A stretch of DNA of 63,754 nucleotides, counting the filler, from Reclinomonas americana ATCC 50394 (Eukaryota): the NCBI GenBank assembly GCA_048213135.1. It is 4 parts of one record of this genome, joined end to end, with 100 filler letters (N's around TTAATTAATTAA, not from the genome) between each part and the next. Parts side by side here need not be neighbours in the genome. Positions count along the whole stretch, not along the records: positions 12,314 to 41,892 come from PS015036.1; positions 41,993 to 49,001 come from PS015036.1; positions 49,102 to 63,754 come from PS015036.1; 1 more part is not named here. One strand, 5' to 3'. The notes under the pieces were generated by a model. It saw only the letters and a program-made list of their open reading frames with translations, ran no database searches and was not told where the DNA came from. This document shows, piece by piece, positions 40,184 to 50,487 of this stretch (the first letter of the stretch is position 1; each line of letters begins with the position of its first letter). The position numbers were made by a program, and so were the translations under genes.

Positions 40184-40806
40184 GNNNNNNNNNNNNNNNN
40201 NNNNNNNNNNNNNNNNNNNNNNNNNNNNNNNNNNNNNNNNNNNNNNNNNNNNNNNNNNNNNNNNNNNNNNNNNNNNNNNNNNNNNNNNNNNNNNNNNNNN
40301 NNNNNNNNNNNNNNNNNNNNNNNNNNNNNNNNNNNNNNNNNNNNNNNNNNNNNNNNNNNNNNNNNNNNNNNNNNNNNNNNNNNNNNNNNNNNNNNNNNNN
40401 NNNNNNNNNNNNNNNNNNNNNNNNNNNNNNNNNNNNNNNNNNNNNNNNNNNNNNNNNNNNNNNNNNNNNNNNNNNNNNNNNNNNNNNNNNNNNNNNNNNN
40501 NNNNNNNNNNNNNNNNNNNNNNNNNNNNNNNNNNNNNNNNNNNNNNNNNNNTGTTTGCGTGTGGTGGTGAGACACGCCCAATATAGAGAAAGTAGACATT
40601 GCTCTCTCTCTCCTCCTCCTCCTCCTTCTCTCTCTCTCTCTCTCATGTGCCCACTGACCACTGGGAGCGGCAAAGTTGTCTTTGAGGCCCTGCAACACCA
40701 CTGTGGTGTAGCAGGCCGACATGGCGGCGTGAGGGAGCACCACCATCGCCAACATCGCCACCACGAGGCATGACACGAGCGCACTGTGTAATGATGACAC
40801 GCGCAT
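21469..40806 (-). CDS. Giant type I membrane adhesion/receptor-like protein (cadherin-like x3, NHL repeats, Ig/TIG-like modules, PA14-like domain, TM, ~800 aa Pro-rich tail)
   Basis: Signal peptide at ATG 40806, then an unbroken series of same-strand Thr/Val/Ser-rich exons. TM LAIGLLVGGLVLLALLVTGLIVVLVI followed by RRRRRRR at ~23870-23945. A single gene is inferred, not proven. Confidence 0.7.
31230..35125 (-). other. NHL-repeat beta-propeller regions within the giant receptor
   Basis: Repeats such as VATLAGTGLAGSTNGNGTSASFSSPTSL, FGSVGGLAFDAGGTLYICDTANHAVR, ARFSLPNGIAFDNTSGDLFVADFSSHLIRRI and YVYVADSGNSRILQV. Confidence 0.85.
36486..37455 (-). other. Three cadherin-like repeats, one per exon
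   Basis: NTPPTSIALS...IGTLSAVDPDVGDSVTFTL...VTVRATDTSG; NTAPTNIQLS...VGLLTATDPGDTLTW...VTVRATDAYG; NVAPSAIYLS...VGQLSAYDANIDD.VFTYSL...ITVTDPTG. Confidence 0.8.
39291..39412. repeat. Intronic direct repeat (~41 bp x2)
   Basis: gaatcgagaccat(c/t)ggattgtagagacacggaaacacgagg at 39291 and 39373. Confidence 0.75.
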
Positions 40807-41706
40807 GGTGGAGAGAGGGAGACGCGAGACACACGCGAGAGAGTGCGCGGGGTGCGCGTCACGGCGGTGCGGAGTGAGTGTGAGAGAAAAATTGCCCTTT
40901 TGGACGATGACGAACGCACATGACCAAGTATGGAAAACTACAGAGGTGCTGGCGATTGAATTCTGATGGTTGATGGTGACGATTGAGAGGGTGTGTGAGG
41001 CTTGTCGTGCGTGGAGGGGGCGCGAGGGTGGTGGTGGTGGATGGAGCGTTTGGTTGTGTGATTCGAACAAGCACGTCAATATTGTCTATCGAATGCAAGT
41101 GGGTGCTGGATGCCCGTCGGTGTTGGAGACGCTGGCGACGCATCGTTTACAACGTGTGTTCACAGCCGTCTGTGGTCGTCTCGAATTCTGTGGACGGTGG
41201 TCAACTAATTTCCTGTTCGAACTTCGGCTAGTTTTTCGAATTCGAATACGGCTGTCTGCAGATCCGCAACGCGCGGATCCACAGTATGCGGATGAAAAGG
41301 CGCATGTGGCAAGTTGCAGACTCTGGATTTGCAAGCAGAAGACGTCTGCAAACGACGAGCACGGCGAATTCGAACCACAATTTCGAAACATAACAATGCA
41401 CCTCATAAAACGACAGTGAGCCACCCATTTCCGCAAATCACTGCCAAAGACTGTCTAACATGAGCAGGCTTCGTCGGATCCGGAGAATTCGAGAGCGCTA
41501 GCTGCAGTTCGAACTCTCTGCGCCGCGAAGTCGACGTCGACTTCGGTCTTTCCCGCGCCACCGCCGCCCTGCTCTCTGGATCCCCCGCGTGCCAGTGGCC
41601 CTTACGATCGCTCCTTCCGCGTGCACACTTCCCGACAACATTCCTGCAAGCATGAGCTGTCCCACACCCTATTTGGCCCTGTATCTCGACGTCGGAGCGA
41701 AGAACA

Positions 41707-41826
41707 TGGCAGCCGCCGCCGACGCAACCGTGGACGACCTCTCAGCGCCCACAGAAGAGGAGGAGAGCATCACCGGTACCCGTGATGCCTCCACGCGTGG
41801 GGCCGAAGAGACTCGTGTGACTGACG
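41707..41826 (+). CDS. Probable first exon of a gene cut by the scaffold end
   Basis: MAAAADATVDDLSAPTEEEESITGTRDASTRGAEETRVTD followed by GTGAGT. Divergent from the giant receptor gene. Confidence 0.35.
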
Positions 41827-41936
41827 TGAGTTTCCGAACCCACACGAACATGCGCTACGTGCACCTCTTCCTTCTCCTTCTCTCTCTCTCTCNNNNNNNN
41901 NNNNNNNNNNNNNNNNNNNNNNNNNNNNNNNNNNNN

Positions 41937-41948
41937 TTAATTAATTAA
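41937..41948. other. Artificial scaffold linker TTAATTAATTAA
   Basis: Same N-flanked six-frame-stop linker. Confidence 0.95.
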
Positions 41949-42283
41949 NNNNNNNNNNNNNNNNNNNNNNNNNNNNNNNNNNNNNNNNNNNNGAAAGAGA
42001 AGAAGAAGGGAGGAGGCGGTGATGGTGGAGGCAAGCGAGGTGGAGGAGGAGGGGGACGCGAGTGAGTCTTGTGACAGTCGATACTTACTCGTCATTCATG
42101 TTGTCTGATTTCCGCCCTTGCATGCAAGTCGATCTCGCTCGCCACGTGCCTCCGATCCGTCTGGTTCCTCCGACCCGCTGCGTGAGAGTCCGGGGTGAGT
42201 GCTCTTGGCCTCAGTGAGTTGTGCACAGTGATGCTGACCGTGTTCCGCGTTTTTGTATGTATGTCGCTCTCACCATTTTTCAG

Positions 42284-45200
42284 AGATGACGTTCCTGCAG
42301 ATGCGCCAGCCGACCTGACTCTGCACGCGAGCAAGGGGTGAGTGTATGTGGCAGCAGTGACGCACAATGTGCGACCACCCTTCTTCGCTCACCGCCATGT
42401 TGGACGCAGTGCCATCAACTACATGCGTCTCTGCCGAGGACTCGATGCCGTGTCATTCGCCCTGCAAAAACTGGTTGACAGTAGTCTGCCCGAGTTTTGT
42501 GTCGAGCATGATGTGAATGTCACGCACTGGTGGGCCGAGGAGCCTCCTGAGCGGTGCGTTCCCCCACCCCTGTTTTTTCTTGCTGCTGCGGGCTGCTGAT
42601 GTCTGCGAGCTCGTTCTTGCCCCAGCCTGTTCAATATCAACAAGAAGAAGAAGAAGGAGGCACTGTTCCCACTGGTTGTTAAAAAGTACGCCGAGTACAC
42701 CCAGATGATGCGGACTTGGCACGACAGTTTTGTCATCTGGAAGGAGCACCGCGACCCTGCGTGTCGTCCAAGTTCCACTTCATTCGATGTAACCCTCACC
42801 GTCGGCATCCTGTTTGAGTGTGGCGTTAACGACGGCGGCACGGTTATTCGTCTGGTGGAGGATAGAGACGCGGTGAGCGAGTCTGCCAGCAGTTGAGTAC
42901 AGCACTTCTCTCACTCACAATGTGCGGCCGTCAGCGAGGCAATCTCGGAAACATTCGCGACATGCGCAACGACGAAAGCCACAAGGATACTCACATCGCC
43001 ACGGACAGGGAAGTGACCGACCTGCTGGGCGACCTCGACGGGAAGAAACCTGGCCTGTGTATCAGGTGCCTTCGCTCTCTCGACTTGGACGCCGCCACGC
43101 TGGCGGAAGCCGAAACTATGGTCAAAGAAGCGCGCACTGGTACGTCTATGCAGCAGACCGACTTGCCACTGTCACAATACCTGACTGGTTGTGCGCCCTC
43201 ATTTGACTGCAGCTCATATCACATACAACAACTTGGACGAGGAGTTGAAATGGGTGTGCAAGCGCGCACTCGAGGCTGCTTTAAGTATCACCGACGCCAA
43301 GCTTCTGGTGGATCTTCATTGCAAGCCTCACGAACCCAATGGCACCGAGACGTTGCTGCTGGCGGAGGTAAACAACAGATCCATGTGCCGCAGTTTTACT
43401 TTGCTTGAGCTCACCCGACGTCGACGACCCAGTTGACGAATTTCTCTACGAGAGGCCCGCAAGGTCGCGTGCTGTTGCTTCTTGGGCACAGTGGCGCTGG
43501 CAAGACGACGGCGCTCACGCAACTTGCTGGCGCAACGGCCGAGGCGTATCTTAATGCCGCCGACAAAAGGAGCAGATTGCCGCTTCACGTGTCGCTGTCC
43601 TCGATCCACAATCCGCAAGAACAGCTGCTGGAAAAGGTTCTCGAGCAGCTCGTACCGGCTGTGCGTTGGACGGCCGAGTCGAACGCCGAGGCTGTGAACA
43701 CCTTCCGCAGGCGTCCTCTACTCATTATTTTGGACGGGTATGACGAGATCCATTGCCGCGACAACCTCTTCAAGACGAGTGGGGTACGCTGTACTTGTGT
43801 TTGTGTTGAGTACACCTTGCCGACGATGTCAAAATTGTCGTCTTCTTGTCGCAGCTCGCTCTCTGCAACAACGTCAAGGTGATTATTTCCTGCCGCAAGG
43901 ACTATGCAAACGGGCTGGCAGGTGGCAAAGTGCGAGTGCAACTTGCCGACAACAAGCACAGTCGAGAACGCGACTACTCGGCGCACTTTGCCCCGGAGCC
44001 ACTCAGCGGCACTGGAGTGGAACAGAGGCTGGTGGTGCGCCGGATCAGGAAGCTTACCGACGGTCAGCTTGGCGAGATAAAGACCAAGTGGAAGGAGCAA
44101 TGCAGTCCCGATATGGGCGCTGGCTTCGTACTGGTCGATCGCTTGGGTTGTGACGACGACAGACTGCACAAGTTGCTGCGCAATCCGTTCATGCTTCGAG
44201 TGGCGTTGGAGGTGTTGGAGTCGCCGGATGTAGCGGCAACCGCTTTCAGGTCGAAGAGGACGCTGCTGGACAAGTTTCTTCGTAGTTGGTTTGAGCGCCA
44301 CTCCACGACCTGGTCTCGCGATCGTCAGCACTCGGCGCGTGAACCCACTCTGACTGCTTGCCTCTTGTTCTGCGAGGGACTGGCCAAGAGGATGTTCATG
44401 TACGATCGCGTTGTGATTCAGCGTGACGATTCGGCGGCCGCCCAAGAGGACATTGCGGCTGCACTCGACGGTGCTCCGCGCCGGATTGTCGCCAGCCAGG
44501 CACCTCGGCCTGCCAGTCGCGCCGCCAGTGACCGTGACGACGAGTTTGCGGTGTTCTTTGAGCCGCGATTCGAGCACCTGCTGGCATGCTGTCCGATTGC
44601 TCGGCGTGGCAACTCGTGGTCCTTCCACCACTCCCTGTACCGCTTGCACTGTATCGCGCGTCACGTTTTCGTATTCGATGAACGCGCTTGGGGGGACGCA
44701 GAACCGTTGACGGTGGAAGAAGTTCGCAGTCACCTGCTCGGCGTGCGACCGCTGAACGACGAGACGCAGCTGTTGGCGCTTCTGGCGGAGGAGGTGTGCA
44801 CTTCCTCGCGACTGCAGCAGCGGCTGTGGGAGATCATCACGTTGTCCATGTTCGACAACAACGAGCGAACGGTGACGGCGGCGGCCAATGCGGCGACTCT
44901 GCTGTGCTATTCGAGTGTGCCGTTCAGTGGCCGTGACTTGCAAGGCGCTCGGCTGCGTGGCGCCGATTTGCGCGACGCTGTCATGCATCGTACCGATCTT
45001 TCGCGCGCTGATCTGCGCGAGGTGAACCTCTGCCAGGCGTTTTGTCGTGACGCCAATTTCACGGGTAGCAACATGACTGGCACGCGACTCTTGTTGCCGC
45101 TGCGAGCTCGAGGTCAAGATGACGGGAGTATCAATGCACTGTGTTTGGCGTACCCGTATCGAGCCATCATTAGCGGCGGCGACGACGGCACTCTGCGTGT

Positions 45201-47510
45201 GTGGGACGCACAGCACCGCACACTGGTCGAGACCATACGCGATCAGCTTCTCGCAGAGGATGCGAGAGGAGGACGTAGCAGTGCAATTCAAGCTGTTGCT
45301 TTTAAATTTGACGTTGTGCACGGCTGCGACACGATTGCGGTTGGCGTTGCCACAGGCACCGGCAAGAAAAGCAAGAAGTCGCAGCGCTCTCTTGTTTTGC
45401 TGTCACGACCGCACGCTGACGGTGGAGTATGGCAAGAGTCTGCTTACGGTTGGTCACGAGCAGTAGCCGACGTGATTGAACCCGTTTGCTCGGTCGCCAT
45501 CTCTAGTGAAGGGATTGTCGCCACCGGCTTCACCAACAAGATGCGACTGTGGCAGCTGTGTGACGGCGATAGCATACTTCACGAAAACAAGCCTTTTCAA
45601 ACACTAGACACCGACGGAACGGTGAAAACTGTGGCCTTTTTCAACACCACCTCTGGCGACCACGTGCTTGCTGCCGGAATCAGCCGTGGTGCCATCATGC
45701 TTTACAGGTACGACGACGACACTGGTTTGTTCAGCGAAGCTGGTGGCGTTGCAACTGGCCGCGAAGAAGCCCGGGTTTCGGCCTCCGTGAATTGTATTGT
45801 TGTCAAGCCGATGCCGGTGCAGTCAGCTGCAGAAGCAGACGCGGGCATCCTCGCGCAGCTCATCAGTTGTGGTGACGACAGGACTGTCCGACTCTGGAAC
45901 GTGAAGGGCAACGCTGTTGACGGACTGCAGCTGGAGGAGGAGCGGCGCTTTGTTGGCTCTGGTCGACCGTTATTCTCTGTGGCCGTGAGCTCCGACGGCG
46001 AGTACGTTGTCAGCAGCAACGCCTTCAAGACCGTGTACGTGTGGTCGTTGAGCAGCGGAAGATTGGTTCGACAGTTCTATGGCCACCATGGCGCGGTGAA
46101 GGCGGTGGTCACTGACGGCGACGGCCACTCATGTTTCAGTGGTGGCGAAGGCGGAGCGATATTCCAATGGCCTCTTCCGGCGGCTCGTGACAGTGTCAGT
46201 GCGAGTGATACTGTGAGCGCAGAGGAAATGCGGCGTGGCGACAAGTTGGCTCGCGGCAAGTCGAAATGCATGATGTGGCCAGCTGGCGGCCAGCACTTTT
46301 ACTTGGGCGGCTTTGACGGCGTTGTTCGTGAGGTCTGCGTAGCGGATGGTCGACTGCAGCATCAGATTGCACCGCCCACCAAAAGAGGCGAACGGCTCAA
46401 GGCAGTGCACAAGATGCTGTGGGTGCCGACACCAAGTGCCGCCAGTGACGGCCTATTGGTGACGGGTGGTTACGACAGATTTATTCGAGTGTGGGAACTT
46501 GAACGTGGCGCGCCCGACTACCGCCTCGTGCGAACAATGACCGGTCACAGCGACTACGTGATGACGCTGGCAATGGCACACGATGATCGCGGAGCCGGTA
46601 TTATCAGCTGCAGCATCGATGGAACCGTTCGGCGCTGGTCACTGGCTACTGGAGACCAAGAATGGTGCTTCAAAAACCCACGCCCATCGTCCAAGAAGGA
46701 AGGACAACCGGAGGCGTATCACACGTTGGTGGTCGATCCGTACGAAGAGCACGTGATTTGTGCAGACGAGCATGGGTTTGTTGACGTCATTGGGCTGGTT
46801 GACGGGAAAGCGGTCGGCGGATGGCAGGCGTTGGAGGGCGAGATCAAGTCTATTCTCCTGGACGGTGGCCGTGGAAATCGGCGACTGCTGACTGGTGGCG
46901 CAGATTCTGCGATTGGAGTGTGGGAATGGCCATTGCCTGGCAGTGGCGACGCGCCAGCACTGCTGCTCTCACTTCCAGGCTTCACGCAGCGCGTGGTGGC
47001 CATGCATCTGATTCCGGAGGGGGCTGACGATGGCTCTCGATCGCGCTTCCTGGTGTGCGCCAGTGGCTGCGCGGTGCAAGTGTGGTCCATCGAGGACGGT
47101 GTCGCAGATGGCCAGCGACTGCTCTACTCGCTGAATGATGCACACTCGTCCCTGGTGTACGACATTGCGTTGTCGAGCGATGACCGCCACGTTGTCAGCG
47201 TGGGTGCCGACAGTGCCATTCGCGTGTGGGAATTGCCAGCTGACGCTGCGCAGCTGCGGTACGTGTCGACACTACTCTCTGTCTTTGCACCTGCCTTTTC
47301 TCACTGACACCACCGATGTTACACATGTGCAGACACGGCAAGCACGTGCTGCTGCAGAAGACGTTTGGCATGTTCGACTGCTACTTTGCGGGCTGTCGTG
47401 TCGACGGCGTCCGTGGACTCGACGAAGCAACAATGGACTGGTTCCGTCAGACCGCAGCATGCGAGAGTCCCGTAGCCGTGGTGCCAATGTGGAGCTACTC
47501 TTCGCCGTGA
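42284..47510 (+). CDS. NLR-like STAND protein: DZIP3-type HEPN + NACHT + pentapeptide repeats + WD40; 5' end probably truncated
   Basis: Phase-consistent splicing gives INYMRLCRGLD...ALFP...SSTSFDVTL...NIRDMRNDESH, Walker A GHSGAGKT, Walker B LLIILDGYDEI, KVIISCR, LLRNPFMLR, WSFHHSL, AANAATLL, pentapeptides (DLQGARLRGADLRDAVMHRTDLSRADLREVNL), many WD40 repeats and C-terminal VDGVRGLD. Confidence 0.88.
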
Positions 47511-47610
47511 TAAGCAACACCGCTACCAATGAATGCGTTTCTTTTGATGCCAGACATCGCTGCGTCCCGTCTTGTCTTTCCGACTCTTCCATCGTCGTCT
47601 CTTGTCACAC

Positions 47611-47813
47611 ATGTCTCGCCGCGGCCTTATCCTCGCTCTCGACTCGTTCGCCTTTCGCCAGTTCGACGACCCGGCCTACGCCGGCACCAAGCTGCTGAGC
47701 TTCGGGCGCGGTGCGTACCCCGCCGACCCGTCCGAGGGCAAGCGCGCCTTCCTGGCCGAGTGTGCTCGCCACATTGAGGCGCGTGGCGGTCTCGAGGCCT
47801 GCCTGGTGCCAGG
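47611..47813 (+). CDS. DUF3228-family protein, exon 1
   Basis: MSRRGLILALDSFAFRQFDDPAYAGT...LVPG followed by GTGAGT; typical DUF3228 N-terminus. Confidence 0.7.
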
Positions 47814-47850
47814 GTGAGTTGGCCATCTGCACAGGCGTGCACACGACACT

Positions 47851-47921
<71 letters not shown>

Positions 47922-48168
47922 GTCGTACGTCNNNNNNNNNNNNNNNNNNNNNNNNNNNNNNNNNNNNNNNNNNNNNNNNNNNNNNNNNNNNNNNNNNNNN
48001 NNNNNNNNNNNNNNNNNNNNNNNNNNNNNNNNNNNNNNNNNNNNNNNNNNNNNNNNNNNNNNNNNNNNNNNNNNNNNNNNNNNNNNNNNNNNNNNNNNNN
48101 NNNNNNNNNNNNNNNNNNNNNNNNNNNNNNNNNNNNNNNNNNNNNNNNNNNNNNNNNNNNNNNNNNNN

Positions 48169-48318
48169 CTGTCGGAGGCCATGCGCAACGAGTTTCGTCT
48201 CGGCATGGAGGTGCTCAAGTCGGGTGAGAGCGTGCAGGGCGCTACTGAGTTTGCGCACCACGGCAAGGGGCGTGGCGGGCGGCCCATGAACACACCTCCG
48301 CTGATCGCCAAGCTATAA
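48169..48318 (+). CDS. C-terminus of an enoyl-CoA hydratase/crotonase-family protein with PTS1
   Basis: LSEAMRNEFRLGMEVLKSGESVQGATEFAHHGKGRGG...LIAKL*. Matches a crotonase-type C-terminus and ends in AKL. Confidence 0.55.
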   Translation: MSEAMRNEFRLGMEVLKSGESVQGATEFAHHGKGRGGRPMNTPPLIAKL

Positions 48319-48339
48319 GTGTACTGCTCGTGTTTTTTC

Positions 48340-48901
48340 TTACACAATCATCGCGTGCTTCTCCCAGTACGCCACCGACGCGGTGTAGGCCTCGCGATCA
48401 ATCGGCACGCCCGAGCCGCCCTCCTCCTTGCCCAGCGCATTGCGCATGGCCGTGATCGGCGACATTGGCAGCTCACGGTCCTCCGACTGCGCCTTCACAG
48501 ATATCACCGCCCACTCCCACGCCTCGGCGGCCGCCACCAGGTCGCCATCCGCCGCAAACAAGACCACCTCGGGAGCGCCTTGTCCCTGCGACGCGCACTC
48601 GGAGATCATCTGCTCCCGCGAGTACAGAATGAGGTCGAGGAACTCGGCACGCGGCACTTGATCCGCCACAGCCTCACGCGGGAACCAGCGACTCAGCACC
48701 GGCAACTCGCGCGCATTGCGCGCCACATACCCCGATCTGGGTCACATCGGTGAGTGCACATTCTCTCTCTTTGTCACTGGCCTCTTCTCCCCTGTCAAGC
48801 ACCTCAGCAGCGACTGGTTGGCTTCCGTGATCAGCATGTCGCCCACCACAGCATCCGTAAAGTCATTCGGGAGGAACACGTGTTTGCAGAAGGGAGCGTA
48901 T
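48340..48901 (-). CDS. DUF3228-family protein, downstream exons (opposite strand to exon 1)
   Basis: YAPFCKHVF, ELPVLSRWF, LDLILYSREQ, ISVKAQ, ELPMSPITAMRNALGKEEGGSGVPIDREAYTASVAYW. Confidence 0.85.
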
Positions 48902-48919
48902 CTGCATGCGCGTCACAGT

Positions 48920-48998
<79 letters not shown>

Positions 48999-49045
48999 GT
49001 GNNNNNNNNNNNNNNNNNNNNNNNNNNNNNNNNNNNNNNNNNNNN

Positions 49046-49057
49046 TTAATTAATTAA
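49046..49057. other. Artificial scaffold linker TTAATTAATTAA
   Basis: Same N-flanked linker. Confidence 0.95.
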
Positions 49058-49266
49058 NNNNNNNNNNNNNNNNNNNNNNNNNNNNNNNNNNNNNNNNNNN
49101 NCCCCAAATCACCATGCGAGAGAGAGAAAGAGAAAGAGGTGAAGGGGAAGGAGGGAGAAGGAGGGAGAAGGAGAGGGAAGGGAGGGAGGAGAAGGAGAGA
49201 AGAGAGAGGGCAGAGAGTGAATGTGTTGCAGTATTAGACGAGAATGCAGTGTGTGCGTCGTGTGCG

Positions 49267-49327
<61 letters not shown>

Positions 49328-49415
49328 TAGAGAGACAGAGAGTGAGTGAGTGCACGTGTCAGTATCAGACGAGTCTGCAGATGAGCTTGCCCTCTCACTC
49401 CTTTCAGTTACTCAC

Positions 49416-49822
49416 CATCCAAGATCCAACACTGTGAGTCCGCGCACATACACCAACGCCGTGCACACCTGCGCCAACTCCTCATGCGACAAGCGCGTGG
49501 CATACAAGTGCACACGCACATCGACTCCCACAGGCAACGCAGACGCACTCGACGCGGAAGAAGAGGTGACCACTGCCTCCTTGACTTCACGACACGAGCG
49601 CAATGTCACTGTGCGACGCGTCAAGTGCGACGGAAGCTGTTGCTGTTGTGTGTCGCTTTGGTCCACTTCTTGTTCCATATGCTCCGCTTCTTGTGTGGTT
49701 GTCGTCGTGGTGGTGTTGGCGGCTCTCATTCTGCGTATGTGAGCCTCTGCATAGCCTCCGCCTCCGCCTGTAGTGGTGGTGGTGGAAGAAGAGGAGGCAG
49801 TGGGTTCCACTGCTGTGCTCAT
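49416..49822 (-). CDS. 5' part of a probable RNI-like leucine-rich repeat protein, truncated
   Basis: MSTAVEPT...VHLYATRLSHEELAQVCTALVYVRGLTVLDL followed by a GTGAGT donor; the LxxLDL pattern is LRR-like. Confidence 0.45.
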
Positions 49823-50415
49823 ATCTCTGCGTGTGTCAAGGGAGGAGAGAGCCGCGCGTGTGAGGACAATATTAGATTGTCTGTCTGTCTCTTGTGTGTT
49901 TCTCTGTGTGCGACATGAGTGCCGGGGAGCCACCTGTGGACCGTGAATGGTGTGTGTGAGTGAGGGGATGAGTGAGAGAACAAGAGAGAGTGTGCACGTT
50001 GATGTGTGAGGAAGAGTGCAATCACTCGTCTCTCTCTCTCTCTCACACACACTCACTCACTCACTCACGCTCACGCTGACACTCACACTCACACTGACAC
50101 ACATACGTTCAAGCATTGAGAGAGGGGGCGGCGTGTGAGGATTCGTCATTCTCTCACAGTGAGGGCGAGAGAGAGTTGCACATGCAGAGACGTTTGCGTG
50201 CATTCGCTCTCTCTCTCTCTCACGCACACACTCTCCTCGCGTTTGCGTGAGAATGACACATGCATTGCGCTTATTCACTCTGTTCACTTCCTCACGCTCG
50301 CACGCACTCTTGATAGAAAGAGAGAGGCGAATGCTTGCACTCATCGCTCATCCAGTCCTTCTCCCTCCTTCTCTCTCTCTCTCTCCCTTCTCCTCCTCTC
50401 TCTCTCTCTCTCCTC

Positions 50416-50462
<47 letters not shown>

Positions 50463-50487
50463 CCTCTCACTCTCCTTCGTTTTCCAG

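Noticed and set aside
41180-41390. GAA/TTC clusters as heat-shock elements
   Set aside because: The motifs are TTCGAA/GAATTC without the 2-nt spacing of nGAAnnTTCn arrays.
41480-41530. GTTCGAACTC B-box-like motif suggesting a tRNA
   Set aside because: I could not fold a cloverleaf or find an A-box and acceptor stem around it.
43585-45321. 578 aa antisense ORF over the NLR gene
   Set aside because: Shadow frame of a GC-rich coding exon with no recognisable motifs.
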